Notes: generated by a model from the sequence alone, not told the origin. DNA of 64,000 nucleotides from Longimicrobiales bacterium (GCA_041690395.1 JAWLHJ010000003.1:448001-512000), one strand, 5' to 3'. Shown: positions 41,139 to 52,982, counted from the stretch's first letter. Program-made: numbers and translations.

Positions 41139-42692
41139 TCAGCCATCGTACGTGCCCCAGACCTCCCGAAGCGCGTCGCTGATCTCGCCGAGCGTGACCT
41201 CCGCCCGGACCGCGTCGATGATCGGCGGCATGAGGTTCTCGTCGGTTCCGGCGGCCGAGCGGATGCGTTCGAGCGCGGCCCGGACGTCTTCGTCTCGTCG
41301 ACGCGCCTTGAGCGCGGAGAGCCGCTCCTGCTGTCCACCTTCGAGGGCGGAGTAGTCCGGCTGCCCGATCCGCGCGCCCTTCTCGTCCTCGACCTGCTCG
41401 TTCACGCCGACCACCTTCCGGCGGCCCGCCTCGACGTCCTGCTGGAACGCGTAGGCCGCCTTGTGGATCTCCTCCTGCATGAACTCGATGGCGCGGGCGG
41501 CGCCGCCCATCTCCTCGATGCGCTCGAGGTATTCCCGGGCCCGCTGCTCGACCTCGTCCGTGAGCGCCTCCACGAAGTGCGAGCCGCCGAGCGGGTCCGC
41601 CGTGCGGGTGATGCCCGACTCGGAGGCCAGGATCTGCTGCGTGCGGAGGGCCAGCTTCGCCGACTCCGTGGTGGGAAGCGCCAACGCCTCGTCGTACCCG
41701 TTCGTGTGGAGCGACTGGGTGCCTCCGAGGGTCGCGGCCAGCGCCTGCACGGCCACGCGCACGACGTTGTTCAGCGGCTGCTGGGCCGTGAGGGTGGAGC
41801 CCCCCGTCTGCGTGTGGAAGCGGAGCCGCGCCGCCTTGTCGGAGCCGCCGAACCGCTCGCGCATGATCGTGGCCCAGAGCCTCCGGGCCGCCCGGAACTT
41901 CGCGACCTCCTCGAAGAGGTCGTTGTGGGCCGCGAAGAAGAACGAGAGCCGCGGGGCGAAGGACTCGAGGTCGAGCCCGGACGCGAGCGCCCGCTCGACG
42001 TACTCGATGCCGTTGGCGAAGGTGAAGGCGATCTCCTGCGGGGCCGTCGATCCGGCCTCCCGGATGTGGTAACCCGAGATGGAGATCGTATTCCAGCGCG
42101 GCACCTCGGTGGAGCAGAACGCCATGATGTCCGAGACGAGCCGGAGGCTCGGGTCCACGGGATAGATGTACGTGCCCCTGGCGATGTACTCCTTCAGGAC
42201 GTCGTTCTGGATGGTTCCCGAGAGCTTCTCGCGCGGGACACCCTGCTCGTCGCCGAGCGCCACGTAGAGCGCCAGCAGGATGCCGGCCGTGGCGTTGATG
42301 GTCATCGAGGTCGAGACCTCGTCGAGCCGGATCCCCTGGAAGAGCCGCCGCATGTCCTCGAGGGAGTCGATGGCGACGCCGACGCGTCCCACCTCCCCTT
42401 GGGCCATCGACGCGTCCGAGTCGTACCCCATCTGGGTGGGCAGGTCGAACGCGACCGAAAGCCCGGTCTGTCCTCGCTCCAGGAGATACCGGAAGCGCTC
42501 GTTGGTCTCCTCCGCGGTCCCGAACCCGGCGTACTGCCGCATGGTCCAGACGCGCCCGCGGTACATGTCCGGGTAGACGCCCCGCGTGAACGGGTACTCC
42601 CCGGGAACGCCGGTCTCGCCGTGGGCGCTCTCTTCGTAGAGTGCCTCGACGGGGATCCCGCTGTCGGTCATGGCATCGCGCTCGTCGCTCAT
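41139..42692 (-). CDS. Methylmalonyl-CoA mutase, substrate-binding subunit (no B12 domain)
   Basis: [18 protein letters not shown] (Tyr, MCM-type), [30 protein letters not shown]; no DxHxxG. Confidence 0.92.
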   Translation of the reverse strand: MSDERDAMTDSGIPVEALYEESAHGETGVPGEYPFTRGVYPDMYRGRVWTMRQYAGFGTAEETNERFRYLLERGQTGLSVAFDLPTQMGYDSDASMAQGEVGRVGVAIDSLEDMRRLFQGIRLDEVSTSMTINATAGILLALYVALGDEQGVPREKLSGTIQNDVLKEYIARGTYIYPVDPSLRLVSDIMAFCSTEVPRWNTISISGYHIREAGSTAPQEIAFTFANGIEYVERALASGLDLESFAPRLSFFFAAHNDLFEEVAKFRAARRLWATIMRERFGGSDKAARLRFHTQTGGSTLTAQQPLNNVVRVAVQALAATLGGTQSLHTNGYDEALALPTTESAKLALRTQQILASESGITRTADPLGGSHFVEALTDEVEQRAREYLERIEEMGGAARAIEFMQEEIHKAAYAFQQDVEAGRRKVVGVNEQVEDEKGARIGQPDYSALEGGQQERLSALKARRRDEDVRAALERIRSAAGTDENLMPPIIDAVRAEVTLGEISDALREVWGTYDG

Positions 42693-42693
42693 C

Positions 42694-43242
42694 TCAGCCT
42701 TCCTCACCCTGGTCCGGCGCGTCACCCTGGTCCGGCGCCTCGAAGTCGACGAGCACCTGTCCCTTCTCGACCGTGTCGCCCGCGCTCACGTGCACGGAGG
42801 CCACCACGCCGGCGGCCTCGGCCTTGAGCTCGTTCTCCATCTTCATCGCCTCGACGATGACCACGCCCTGTCCCGGCTGGACCTCGTCGCCCTCGGCGAC
42901 CTCGATCTTCACCACGAGCCCGGGCATGGGCGCCTTGATCGGCTTAGGGCCCGCCGCTCCAGCCGCCGCGCCCGTGAGCTCACGGATGGCCCGCGTGCGC
43001 TCGTCGACCACCTCCGTCTCCACCCGGCGCCCGGAGACGTTGAGCCCCCACGCGCCCTTGCCGAGCCGATGGGCCACGATGCGGTGCGACGCGCCGTCCA
43101 GCGAGAGGCCGCGGACCGGCGTCCCGTCGAGCGTGGAGAGGTCGGTGTCGACCGAGCGGCCGTCGACCGACACGCCCTCGCTCCCGATGAGGACCTCGAA
43201 GGTCCGTTCGCCAATGGTCACGTGATACAGCAATTCACTCAC
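42694..43242 (-). CDS. Biotin carboxyl carrier protein
   Basis: APMPG and EAMKM biotinylation motif. Confidence 0.9.
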   Translation of the reverse strand: MSELLYHVTIGERTFEVLIGSEGVSVDGRSVDTDLSTLDGTPVRGLSLDGASHRIVAHRLGKGAWGLNVSGRRVETEVVDERTRAIRELTGAAAGAAGPKPIKAPMPGLVVKIEVAEGDEVQPGQGVVIVEAMKMENELKAEAAGVVASVHVSAGDTVEKGQVLVDFEAPDQGDAPDQGEEG

Positions 43243-44500
43243 TCCTCGGCAGATGGAGGTCCACGACCGTCTCGACGTGGGCCGTCTGTGGGAAAAGGTC
43301 GAAGCAGCGCAGGTCCGAGATGACGTACCGGCTCTTCAGCTCGGCCAGATCGCGGGCGAGCGTCGCCGGATCGCAGCTCACGTAGATCACGTGCTCCGGA
43401 GGCTCGGCCAGGATGGCCCGCACGATCTCCGGACCGAGACCCGCGCGGGGCGGATTGACGATCAGCAGCTCGGTGGGCAGGACGGACGGCAGGACGTCTT
43501 CGACCGCCCCTTGCCGCGTCTCGAACGTCGGCGGAGCGTCGCGTCGGGCCTCGGCGACGGCGTCCGGATCGAGCTCGATGCCGACCACCTCCGCTCCGGC
43601 GAGCGCGAGCGCGCGGCCGTAGGCTCCGCCGCCGGAGAACGCGTCGACGACGCGGGCGGGGCCCGCCGCCCGCGCGACCACGTGCTCACGCAGCAGCCGG
43701 GCCGCGCCTTCGTTCACCTGCTCGAAGCCGAGCCGGACGTCGTCCGGGCCGGCCCTGCCCTCTTCCTCGTCGCTCTCGGCCGGCCGGTGCACGATCGCGG
43801 AGATCTCGTCCACGCGCTCGAGCAGCGGCTCAGCCTTCCAGGGGGCGGCGCCCCCCTCCACGACGAGGGTCACCCGACGCGCGTCGTCCAGCCGGAGCGT
43901 GAGCCGCAGGCGGCCACCGGCGGGCAAGCGCGACGCACCGGCGCCCCAGCCCCGCCGGAGCGCCATCCACGCGGCCTCGATCCCGGGCTCGGGCAGGACG
44001 CACTCGTCGTCGATCTCGACCACATGGGTCGGGCGCCCCAGGGCGTGCAGCCCCGCGACGATGCGTCCGCCCCGAAGTCGTCGCAGCGTGAACGACATGC
44101 GGTTGCGGTATCCGACCGCCTCGGGCGAAGCCACGACCTCCGGAGGGTCCATCGCCTCGAAGCCGCCGATCCGCTCGAGCGCGTCGGACACGAAGCGTCC
44201 CTTCCACGCCCGCTGCTCCTCCTCGGGAATGTGCTGGAGCTGACATCCGCCACACACGTCGTAGCGCGTGCAGAGCGCCGGGCGCCGCGTCGGTGCCGGC
44301 TCGAGGACCTCTAGCAACTCGGCTTCGGCCCAGCGAGCCTTCACCCTGGCGAGCCGGACCCGGACGCGGTCGCCGGGCGCCGTGCGGGGCACGAAGACGG
44401 TGCGCCCGTCGGGGAGCCTGCCGACACCGGATCCCTGCGAAGAGAGCGCGTGGACATCGATCTCCGTGACCGTGCCCGCGCTGACGGTCTCCGTGCTCAC
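43235..44500 (-). CDS. TRAM-domain 23S rRNA m5U methyltransferase (RlmD-like)
   Basis: C...CGGCQLQH, NPPRAG, YVSCDPATLARD, DLFPQTAHVE. Confidence 0.88.
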   Translation of the reverse strand: MSTETVSAGTVTEIDVHALSSQGSGVGRLPDGRTVFVPRTAPGDRVRVRLARVKARWAEAELLEVLEPAPTRRPALCTRYDVCGGCQLQHIPEEEQRAWKGRFVSDALERIGGFEAMDPPEVVASPEAVGYRNRMSFTLRRLRGGRIVAGLHALGRPTHVVEIDDECVLPEPGIEAAWMALRRGWGAGASRLPAGGRLRLTLRLDDARRVTLVVEGGAAPWKAEPLLERVDEISAIVHRPAESDEEEGRAGPDDVRLGFEQVNEGAARLLREHVVARAAGPARVVDAFSGGGAYGRALALAGAEVVGIELDPDAVAEARRDAPPTFETRQGAVEDVLPSVLPTELLIVNPPRAGLGPEIVRAILAEPPEHVIYVSCDPATLARDLAELKSRYVISDLRCFDLFPQTAHVETVVDLHLPRSE

Positions 44501-46011
44501 CGCGACCACGGGGCTCCGGCCCGGCGCCAGGCGGACATCTCCGTTCCGACGCCATGCCCCTGACCCACGCGAGGGGTGCCGTGCCGCTGCCGGTCTTCGT
44601 GCTCCAGAAGTGCGGCCGCCACCGCCGCCGCCGTCAGCACCTCTTCGGAGCCTTCGGGGGCGAGCAGCTCCGGATGCTCCTCCAGATACCGGATCGACAG
44701 GTCACCGGCGCGGAACTCCGGCTCGGCCATGACCTTGCGGTGGAAGTCCGCGCACGTCTCCACGCCCGCGACCACCAGCTCCTCCAGGGCGCGACTCATC
44801 CGGTCGATAGCGTGCGTGCGGTCGCTCCCGTGCACGATGAGCTTCGCGAGCAGTGGGTCGTAGTGCAGCGTGACCTCGGAGCCTTCGAGCACGCCGCCGT
44901 CCCAGCGAACGCCCGGTCCGGTGGGGATCCCGAGATGCGTGAGCGTCCCGGTCGAGGGGAGGAAGCCGTGAGCCGGATCCTCCGACGTGATCCGGCACTC
45001 GATGGCGTGCCCGCTCAGCCGGATGTCGTCCTGCGTGAAGGCGAGCTTCTCGCCCGACGCCACGCGGAGCTGCCAATCCACCAGGTCGATCCCCGTGACG
45101 AGCTCGGTGACGGGGTGCTCCACCTGGATGCGCGTGTTCATCTCGAGGAAGAAGAACTCACCATCCTGGTAGAGGAACTCGATGGTGCCGGCCCCGCGGT
45201 ACGAGACGGCCTGGGCGGCGAGGACTGCCGCCTGGCCCATGGCCGCGCGCTCCTCGCGGGTGAGCACCGGTGACGGCGCCTCTTCGATGAGCTTCTGATG
45301 CCGCCGCTGAATGGAGCACTCCCGCTCGGCGAGGTGCACCACGTTGCCGTGCGCGTCGCCGAGCACCTGGATCTCGATGTGGCGGGGGCGGCCCAGATAT
45401 CGCTCGAGGTAGACCGAGCCGTCTCCGAACGCTGCGAGCGCCTCACGCGCCGCCGCCTCGAAGGCGCGCGGCAGCTCGGCCGAGCTCTCGACGACCCGCA
45501 TCCCCTTCCCGCCGCCACCCGCCGCAGCCTTCAGCAGCACCGGGTAGCCGATCTCCTCCGCAGCGGCCACGGCCGCCTCCGGATCCGCGACCGCCTCCGT
45601 CAGACCGGGAACGATGGGCACGCCCGCCTCGGTCATCCGGCGGCGCGCCTCGGTCTTGTCGCCCATGGCCGAGATCGTCTCGGAGGTCGGCCCGACGAAC
45701 ACGAGGCCCGCGTCCTCGACCGCCTTGGCGAAGCCCGCGCGTTCGGCCAGGAAGCCGTATCCCGGATGGATGGCGTCGGCGCCGGCCTCCTTGGCCACCT
45801 CGATGAGCCGGTCGGCCTTCAGGTAGCTCTCGGCCGACGGCGCCGGGCCGATCAGATAGGCCTCGTCCGCCAGCAGCACGTGCGGCGCGAGTCGATCGGC
45901 CTCGGAGTACACGGCGACCGTGCGGATGCCACGCTCACGTGCCGCGCGCACGATGCGCACGGCGATCTCTCCACGGTTGGCGACCAGCAGCGACCGGATC
46001 AAGCGATTCAC
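44497..46011 (-). CDS. accC: Biotin carboxylase subunit (acetyl/propionyl-CoA carboxylase)
   Basis: ANRGEIA, HPGYGFLAE, GGGGKGMR, ERECSIQRRHQK, EMNTRIQVEHPVTE. Confidence 0.93.
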   Translation of the reverse strand: MNRLIRSLLVANRGEIAVRIVRAARERGIRTVAVYSEADRLAPHVLLADEAYLIGPAPSAESYLKADRLIEVAKEAGADAIHPGYGFLAERAGFAKAVEDAGLVFVGPTSETISAMGDKTEARRRMTEAGVPIVPGLTEAVADPEAAVAAAEEIGYPVLLKAAAGGGGKGMRVVESSAELPRAFEAAAREALAAFGDGSVYLERYLGRPRHIEIQVLGDAHGNVVHLAERECSIQRRHQKLIEEAPSPVLTREERAAMGQAAVLAAQAVSYRGAGTIEFLYQDGEFFFLEMNTRIQVEHPVTELVTGIDLVDWQLRVASGEKLAFTQDDIRLSGHAIECRITSEDPAHGFLPSTGTLTHLGIPTGPGVRWDGGVLEGSEVTLHYDPLLAKLIVHGSDRTHAIDRMSRALEELVVAGVETCADFHRKVMAEPEFRAGDLSIRYLEEHPELLAPEGSEEVLTAAAVAAALLEHEDRQRHGTPRVGQGHGVGTEMSAWRRAGAPWSR

Positions 46012-46299
46012 CCTCGGGATTTCTTGGCGGACGGCCCGGGACGAGCCCGGCGTTTCAAGCCCCGAAGTTTAGAGAAGCTCCGGCTTTGGCCAAAGGGCTA
46101 GCAGGTCGCGGCGGCCGAGGCCGGCGCCGACATCGGCCGCGAGGCGTCAGCCACGGCGCGGGGCGCGGGAGCGATCCTTTTTCGCCGGCTCGGGAATCGT
46201 TCGAACCTCGAAAGGGTGCCGCAGCCTCGTCCTCGCGCAGGGAGCCTTCGAAAAGCCCCGTGTGGCGCGGAGATACGCCCGGAGGTTCACCGGGAGAGA

Positions 46300-46337
46300 T
46301 CGTTCGAAAGTCGTTCGACTTTCGAACGACTTTCGAA
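46300..46337. repeat. Overlapping perfect inverted repeats built from an 11-bp TTCGA-containing unit
   Basis: 14-bp arms 46300-46313 / 46316-46329 and 16-bp arms 46303-46318 / 46322-46337. Confidence 0.8.
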
Positions 46338-46442
46338 GCCCGCACGGAAGGGACCGCAGCTCGGCCCCGGAAGCCGGTCGCCCTCTACGCCGCGACCGGC
46401 CACACATCCGCGCGTGCGGGCGGCCCGGGCGCGGCCCGCCGG

Positions 46443-47492
46443 TCAGCCCCCGCCAGATCTCCCGATCCTTCCGGACACGTCCATCTCCCGCCCGTCACGC
46501 CGAATCCGGAACGTCACCAGCTCGCCGTCATCGTACGTGGAGAGGATCGAGCGCACGCGGGCAGGGGTCTCGACCGTCCTGTCGCCGATCTCGAGGATCA
46601 CGTCCCCCGCCCGGAGTCCCAGCGCCGACTCTTCCGGCACCGCCGTGACCAGGACGCCGCGCTCGGTGCCGAAGTAGCTCCCGAGCTCCGGCCCGACGCG
46701 CACCAGCTCCAGTCCCGAGCCGAACCCGCGCCACATCCCGAAGCTCCGCAGCCCTTCCACCTCCGGGCCGTCGAAGCGGAAGTGGAACGCTCCCGGTGGC
46801 ATCGGCGCATCGGGAGCACCGGGGGCATCCGGCGCGTCCGGAGGTCGCGGCCCCCGGAACGAGCGCATCCGGTCGCCGAACTCACGCATGCGCTCACCGA
46901 AGCGCTCGGCGTCCCAGTCGGGCGCGTGGATGGTGAAGCTCCGTCCCCAGCCGGACAGGTCCTCCGCCTCCACCGTCATGCGCTCGGCCTGGCCGTCACG
47001 GAGGTACTCGATCTCGACGTCCTCGCCCGGCTCGATGTCCCGCACGATCTCGAGGAGCCGCTGCGGAGGCAGCGCGCGATCGGGATCGAGGTCACGCTCG
47101 ACCTCGAGGTCCAGCGGTGCGGTCAGGGGACGACCGTCAATCCGCGTGATCACGTCGCCCTCCCGCAAGCCGGCGCGCTCCGCCGGCCCATCGTCCATCA
47201 GCCCCGCGATGCGCGCGCCGTCCGCCTGCTCGTCGGGATCCGACATCTCCACCGACAGCCCCAGCCGCGGCCGCGTCGCGCCGAGGGCCCAGGCGTTCAT
47301 CACCACACCGTCGATGTCCGGCATCCGCAGGCAGGTGCAGTTCTCGAGCTCCTGCCCGTCCCGGTCCACACACCGGCACTCGGTCTCGCGCTCCTGGCCG
47401 CCGATCGACGCCGGCGCCATCAAAGGGGCCGCGCCCGCCAGCAGGAGCCCGACCATCAGAATCCTCGCCCATCCCGTCGTCATCATGATCAT
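46443..47492 (-). CDS. Exported double-PDZ-domain protein
   Basis: Signal peptide; GPAERAGLREGDVITRIDG and LGLRAGDVILEIG; no protease triad seen; start approximate. Confidence 0.8.
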   Translation of the reverse strand: MIMMTTGWARILMVGLLLAGAAPLMAPASIGGQERETECRCVDRDGQELENCTCLRMPDIDGVVMNAWALGATRPRLGLSVEMSDPDEQADGARIAGLMDDGPAERAGLREGDVITRIDGRPLTAPLDLEVERDLDPDRALPPQRLLEIVRDIEPGEDVEIEYLRDGQAERMTVEAEDLSGWGRSFTIHAPDWDAERFGERMREFGDRMRSFRGPRPPDAPDAPGAPDAPMPPGAFHFRFDGPEVEGLRSFGMWRGFGSGLELVRVGPELGSYFGTERGVLVTAVPEESALGLRAGDVILEIGDRTVETPARVRSILSTYDDGELVTFRIRRDGREMDVSGRIGRSGGG

Positions 47493-47606
47493 CCCGTGTT
47501 GAGGTTCGTACACCCCATGGGACGCGGGCTGGGGGCGGAACGGTTGCCCGGCCCACCCGGCGGATCGCGGCGTTCGGGCCGGCGCCTGGGCACCGGCCCG
47601 GACCCG

Positions 47607-49157
47607 TCAGAGCGGAATGTTGCCGTGCTTCCTGGGCGGATTCTCGTCGCGCTTGTTGGCGAGCATGTCGAGCGCGGAGATCAGGCGCGGCCGTGTCTCG
47701 CGCGGGTCGATCACGTCGTCGACGTAGCCCCGCGCGGCCGCCACATAGGGGTGCGCGAACTTCTCGCGGTACTCCTCGATGCGGCGCTCCGTGGCCGCCT
47801 CGGGATCGTCCGACGCGGCGATCTCCTTCCGGAAGAGCACCTCGACCGCCCCCTTCGGGCCCATGACCGCGATCTCGGCCTGGGGCCACGCGAGGTTCAC
47901 GTCTCCGCGGATGTGCTTCGAGTTCATGACGTCGTACGCGCCGCCGTAGGCCTTCCGCGTGATGACCGTGACCTTCGGGACGGTCGCCTCGGCGAAGGCG
48001 TACAGGAGCTTGGCCCCGTGCCGGATGATGCCACCGTGCTCCTGCGCGACACCGGGCAGGAACCCGGGCACGTCCTCGAGGACGACGAGCGGAATGTTGA
48101 ACGCGTCGCAGAAGCGGACGAAGCGCGCGCCCTTGTCCGACGAGTCGATGTCGAGCACGCCGGCGAGCACCGACGGCTGGTTGGCGACGATCCCCACGGC
48201 CCGACCACCGAAGTGGGCGAAGCCCACCAGCAGGTTGGCCGCGAAGTGCTCGTGAACCTCGTAAAACTCCCCGTGATCCGTGATCTTCCGAATGACGTCG
48301 CGCATGTCGTACGGACGGTTCGGATTCTCGGGGACGATCTCCAGGAGTCGCTCGTCCTGGCGGTCGTGCGGGTCCGAGCCGTCGATGGACGGCGGCAGCT
48401 CGCGGTTGTTCTGCGGGATGAACCGGATGAGCTCGCGGACGGCGCCGATGCACTCCGGCTCGGAGTCCATGGCGAAGTGCGCCACGCCCGAGGTGGACGC
48501 GTGCACGTCGGCGCCCCCGAGCCCCTCCATGTCGATGTCCTCGTGGGTGACCGTCTTCACCACGTTCGGCCCGGTCACGAACATGTAGCTCGTGCCCCGC
48601 ACCATGTAGACGAAGTCGGTGATGGCCGGGGAATACACGGCACCGCCGGCGCACGGCCCGAGAATGAGGCTGATCTGCGGGATGACCCCGGAGGCCAGGG
48701 TGTTCCGGAGGAAGATGTCCGCGTACCCGCCGAGGCTCACGACACCTTCCTGGATACGCGCGCCGCCCGAGTCGTTCAGACCGATGATCGGCGCCCCGTT
48801 CTTGAGCGCCATGTCCTGGATCTTCACGATCTTCTCGGCGTGCGTCTCCGACAGCGATCCGCCGAACACCGTGAAGTCCTGGCTGAACACGTAGACGAGC
48901 CGGCCGTGCACCGTGCCGTACCCGGTGACCACGCCGTCCCCGAGGATCTTCTGGTCCTCGAGGCCGAAGTCGCTCGACCTGTGGGTCACGAAGCGGTCGA
49001 GCTCCACGAACGACCCTTCGTCGAGCAGAAGATCGAGCCGCTCCCTCGCGGACAGCTTGCCTCGCGCATGCTGTGCCTCGACCCGCTTCTGGCCGCCGCC
49101 TTCCTCGGATGCGGCCCGGAGCTCACGTAACGTTTCCAGCTTCTCTTGGATCGACAT
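47607..49157 (-). CDS. pccB: Acyl-CoA (propionyl-CoA) carboxylase beta subunit
   Basis: [35 protein letters not shown], terminal KHGNIPL. Confidence 0.92.
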   Translation of the reverse strand: MSIQEKLETLRELRAASEEGGGQKRVEAQHARGKLSARERLDLLLDEGSFVELDRFVTHRSSDFGLEDQKILGDGVVTGYGTVHGRLVYVFSQDFTVFGGSLSETHAEKIVKIQDMALKNGAPIIGLNDSGGARIQEGVVSLGGYADIFLRNTLASGVIPQISLILGPCAGGAVYSPAITDFVYMVRGTSYMFVTGPNVVKTVTHEDIDMEGLGGADVHASTSGVAHFAMDSEPECIGAVRELIRFIPQNNRELPPSIDGSDPHDRQDERLLEIVPENPNRPYDMRDVIRKITDHGEFYEVHEHFAANLLVGFAHFGGRAVGIVANQPSVLAGVLDIDSSDKGARFVRFCDAFNIPLVVLEDVPGFLPGVAQEHGGIIRHGAKLLYAFAEATVPKVTVITRKAYGGAYDVMNSKHIRGDVNLAWPQAEIAVMGPKGAVEVLFRKEIAASDDPEAATERRIEEYREKFAHPYVAAARGYVDDVIDPRETRPRLISALDMLANKRDENPPRKHGNIPL

Positions 49158-51037
49158 CAACCTGTGGGTATCGGGTTCAATGTGCCTGACTGGATGCGCA
49201 CGACGCGCGTGCGCCGGACGACGCGGCCGTCGATGACGGAGAAGACACCGGTGGCGCCTTCGACGTCCTCGAGCCCCTCGAGAGCGGCCCGCACCTGGTC
49301 GGGGGAGCGGGCGCCTCTCCGGAATGCCTCGATCAACAGCAGCGCCGCGTCATAGCCCACCGCGGGTACCGGGCTCACGAGCGTGCGCTGGAAGTGCTCC
49401 TCGAACGCATCCCTGAAGCGTTGGTATCCCGGCGAATCCGTTCCGGCGCCGATGGGCGCGGTCGCCACGACGCCGTCGGTGTGCCGGGTGTCGACGCGGC
49501 GGAGCGTCTCGGTATCGGCCCATCCGGTGGTGCCGATCACGTCGACGGCCAGCGTGTCGAGACCGAAGTGGGTGATCTGGGGCGCGAGCAGCTCGACGTC
49601 CTCGGGCGGCACGGGCACGAAGACGGCTACGGGATCGAGCGTCTCGACCCTGAGCGTGTCGTCCTCGGTGAGGCCCAGGGCAGCGATCTCCGCGGTGCGG
49701 AGGGAATCGCGCACCGACCGCAGCTGCGGCTCGAAGAACGTGACGCCCTCCTGGTAGCGGAAGCGGCCCATCGTCGGGATGCCGAACCTCCGCAGCTCCC
49801 GCTCGAAGAGGTCGCCCTCCTCCGTCGAGAGCGGCGACGTCGATTCGATGAACGCCACGCGTTGGTAGCCCTGGGCGGCCGCGTGGCGCGCCAGCTCGTG
49901 GAGACCGACCGAATCCACGCCTTCGAGCGAGTAGACGCCGCGACCGCTCGAGGCACCCGACACCCGGGCCGTCGGAGACATCAACGGGAGCTCCCCGCTC
50001 CGCGCGTCCGCGGCCACGTCGAGCACGAGCTCCTGCAGGAAGCCGACCACCCCTCCCACCCCGGCTGCCTCCAGCTCCGCGACAAGCTCCGCGGTACGAT
50101 CCGGGTCCCCGCCGTCGTCCAGGACTTCGAGGGTGACGTCGAGATCGTCGCCGGCCATCATCGCGGCGACCTCGATCCCTTCCAGCACGAGCTCCGAGAA
50201 GCCGGCCAGGGCGGGCGCGCCCTCCAGTGGGAAGACCGCCGCCAGGGTGACCTCGCGGCTCGCGATGTACCCTTCCGGGAGCTCGCCGGCCAGAACGGCC
50301 TCCGCCAGGACCGCGTCCGGACCCCTGGCACCGTGCTCGAGCGCGGCGCGAGCCAGCGCGTCGGACACGCCTCGGTCCTCGGCGTCGAGCGCGAGGGCCG
50401 CGGCCCGGGCTTCGACCACGGGTCGCACGTCGGCATCCTCCGCCGCGGCCTCGAGCGCGGTCTCGAGGGTCGCGTCCGAAGCCTGGGTGACCACGACGCG
50501 GGCCAGCGCCACGACCCGCCCGGCTAGCGCATCGTCCGACATCCTCGGGAGGGCGGCCAGCCGCAACAGCGCCTCGTCCGGCTCCTCGGCGGCCGCTTCG
50601 GCCCGCAGCACGCTCAGCTCGGCGACGCGCGGATGGTCGCCCGACACGAGCGTCAGGTAGCGATCCGCCGCCTCTTCGGCCGTCGCGAGCTCACCCGCCT
50701 GCACACCCGCTCGAGCGCGGATCAACAGGGCCCAGCCCGAGACCGCCGCCGCCGGCATCTCTTCGACAACGCGTCCGGCGAGCCCGAGCGCCTCCTCAGC
50801 GTCGCCCGTGGCGAGCGCCGCCTCGGCCCGAGCCACGAGCTCGGACGCCTCGGACTGGCGTGCGCCCGAAATGGGTGCCGCGACCAGCACGGGATCGATC
50901 GGCTCGGCCGGAGCCGGCGCGGCATCCGGGGTCCGCGGCTCCGGCACCGCGCAGCTCACCATGGTCAATAGCGCGAGCGCGCAGACGAAGCGCCCGGACG
51001 CGGTGTGCGTCCGGGCGCTCGCACGACGCATCAGCAT
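49157..51037 (-). CDS. LpoA-like lipoprotein (TPR-like helices plus periplasmic-binding-protein fold)
   Basis: Lipobox-like MVSC; VFPLEG, VGYDA, VEGATG motifs. Confidence 0.7.
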   Translation of the reverse strand: MLMRRASARTHTASGRFVCALALLTMVSCAVPEPRTPDAAPAPAEPIDPVLVAAPISGARQSEASELVARAEAALATGDAEEALGLAGRVVEEMPAAAVSGWALLIRARAGVQAGELATAEEAADRYLTLVSGDHPRVAELSVLRAEAAAEEPDEALLRLAALPRMSDDALAGRVVALARVVVTQASDATLETALEAAAEDADVRPVVEARAAALALDAEDRGVSDALARAALEHGARGPDAVLAEAVLAGELPEGYIASREVTLAAVFPLEGAPALAGFSELVLEGIEVAAMMAGDDLDVTLEVLDDGGDPDRTAELVAELEAAGVGGVVGFLQELVLDVAADARSGELPLMSPTARVSGASSGRGVYSLEGVDSVGLHELARHAAAQGYQRVAFIESTSPLSTEEGDLFERELRRFGIPTMGRFRYQEGVTFFEPQLRSVRDSLRTAEIAALGLTEDDTLRVETLDPVAVFVPVPPEDVELLAPQITHFGLDTLAVDVIGTTGWADTETLRRVDTRHTDGVVATAPIGAGTDSPGYQRFRDAFEEHFQRTLVSPVPAVGYDAALLLIEAFRRGARSPDQVRAALEGLEDVEGATGVFSVIDGRVVRRTRVVRIQSGTLNPIPTG

Positions 51038-51068
51038 CGTTGGCCCCGCTTCGGGTCATTCACCGGGA

Positions 51069-52982
51069 TCAGTCGTCCTTGTCTCCGGAGGCTTCCCCGC
51101 CACCCTCTTCGGAAGCCGCCTCGGCCGCCCGAATCTTGGCCGCGTCGATCTCGTCCTGAGACTTCCGCTCCGGCACTTCCGTGACTTCGAGCACGATCCG
51201 GCGGTTGGCCGCGTCGGACTCGATGACGCGCAGCGACACCGTGTCGCCCTCGCCATAGTACTCGTCCAGGCGGTCGGCGTCCTCGATGCCCGTGTGCGAC
51301 GCGGGCACGAAGCCCTCGATGTCGTCGCCCAGGTCCATCACCACGCCCTTGTCCTGGACGCGCGCGACCTTGCCGTCCTGCTCCACGCCCGGTCCGAGGC
51401 GCTCGGAGATGTGCGGCCACGGATCGTCGCTGAGCTGCTTCATGCCCAGGCTGATCCGCTTGTTCTCGGCGTCCACGTCGAGGACCATGACCTCGAGGTC
51501 CTGACCCTTCTGCACGATCTCGGACGGATGCTCGACGCGGCGCGTCCAGCTCATGTCCGACACGTGCACCAGGCCGTCGATGCCCGGCTCGATCTCCACG
51601 AAGGCGCCGAAGGAGGTGAGGTTGCGCACCGTGCCCGTGAGCGTCGTGCCGGTCGGGTACTTCACCGGCAGCGCCAGCCACGGATCCTCCTCGATCTGCT
51701 TCATGCCGAGCGAGATCTTCTCGTCGTCCGGATCGACCTTCAGCACCACGGCTTCGATGTCGTCGCCGATGGTGACGACCTTCGACGGGTGACGGACGTT
51801 GCGGGTCCAGCTCATCTCGGAGATGTGGACCAGGCCCTCGACACCCTTCTCGAGCTCGATGAACGCACCGTAGTTGGTGATCGAGACCACCTTTCCACGG
51901 ACACGCGAGCCGACCGGGTACTTCTTGTCGATGTCCGTCCACGGGTACGGCAGGAGCTGCTTGAGCCCCAGGCTGATCCGCTCACGGTTCCAGTCGATGT
52001 CCAACACCTTCACGTCGATCGACTCACCGATGTTCACCACCTCGGACGGATGGCCGACGCGGCCCCACGACATGTCGGTGATGTGGAGCAGGCCGTCGAG
52101 CCCGCCCAGGTCGATGAAGGCACCGAAGTCCGTGATGTTCTTCACGATGCCCTCGCGTACCTGGCCGACCAGGAGCTCCTTCACCAGGGTCTCGCGCTTC
52201 TTCTCGCGCTCGGCCTCGAGGATCACGCGGCGCGAAACCACGATGTTCCGGCGACGCTTGTTGAGCTTGATGATCTTGAAGCGGTACGTCTCGCCGATGA
52301 GGTCCTCGATGTTCGGGACCCGGCGGAGGGCGATCTGCGAGCCCGGCAGGAAGGCGTCCACGCCCATGAGGTCGACGGTCACGCCGCCCTTGATCTTGCG
52401 GACGAGCGTGCCCTTGACCGGACGGTCGGCGTCGTGCGCCTCGCGGATCTTCTCCCAGACGCGGAGGAAGTCGGCCTTCTTCTTGGACAGGACGACCACG
52501 CCGTCGTCGTCCTCGAGGCTCTCGAGGAGGACTTCGACTTCGTCGCCTTCCTCGGGGGCCTCCTTGAACTCGTCGAGCGCGACCGCGCCCTCGCTCTTGA
52601 AGCCGAACTCGAGGATGACGACGGTGTCCGTGACCCGGAGGACCGTCGCATTGACGATCTCGCCCTCCCGGAACGCACCGAAGTCGCCGCTGAAGTCGGA
52701 GAGGAGGCGCTCGAACTCGTCCTTCGAGGTCGCGAGGCGCTCCTCGCCGTAGGGGTCGTGGTAGAGCTCGGGGGAGTGGCCCTCGGGGACACCCTCCATG
52801 GCGCGCTCTTCGTCCGCCTTGTCGGCGGCGATCTCTTCGTCGGTCAGCGTGCGGACTTCACCGGTCATCGCATCGACGACGACGATGTCTTCACCGTCTT
52901 CGTCATGCATGTCGGGTGCGTCCACGGCGGACTCGGGGGCTTCGGATTCCGTTTCCGGAATGGGGTTCTTCGTCTCGGCCAT
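51069..52982 (-). CDS. rpsA: 30S ribosomal protein S1
   Basis: Repeated S1 domains (FGAF...GLLHITDMSW, ISLGLKQ); GGAG RBS before the ATG at 52982. Confidence 0.96.
   Translation of the reverse strand: MAETKNPIPETESEAPESAVDAPDMHDEDGEDIVVVDAMTGEVRTLTDEEIAADKADEERAMEGVPEGHSPELYHDPYGEERLATSKDEFERLLSDFSGDFGAFREGEIVNATVLRVTDTVVILEFGFKSEGAVALDEFKEAPEEGDEVEVLLESLEDDDGVVVLSKKKADFLRVWEKIREAHDADRPVKGTLVRKIKGGVTVDLMGVDAFLPGSQIALRRVPNIEDLIGETYRFKIIKLNKRRRNIVVSRRVILEAEREKKRETLVKELLVGQVREGIVKNITDFGAFIDLGGLDGLLHITDMSWGRVGHPSEVVNIGESIDVKVLDIDWNRERISLGLKQLLPYPWTDIDKKYPVGSRVRGKVVSITNYGAFIELEKGVEGLVHISEMSWTRNVRHPSKVVTIGDDIEAVVLKVDPDDEKISLGMKQIEEDPWLALPVKYPTGTTLTGTVRNLTSFGAFVEIEPGIDGLVHVSDMSWTRRVEHPSEIVQKGQDLEVMVLDVDAENKRISLGMKQLSDDPWPHISERLGPGVEQDGKVARVQDKGVVMDLGDDIEGFVPASHTGIEDADRLDEYYGEGDTVSLRVIESDAANRRIVLEVTEVPERKSQDEIDAAKIRAAEAASEEGGGEASGDKDD

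Noticed and set aside
42703..42738. 18-bp tandem repeat
   Set aside because: It only encodes [12 protein letters not shown] in the tail of the biotin carrier.
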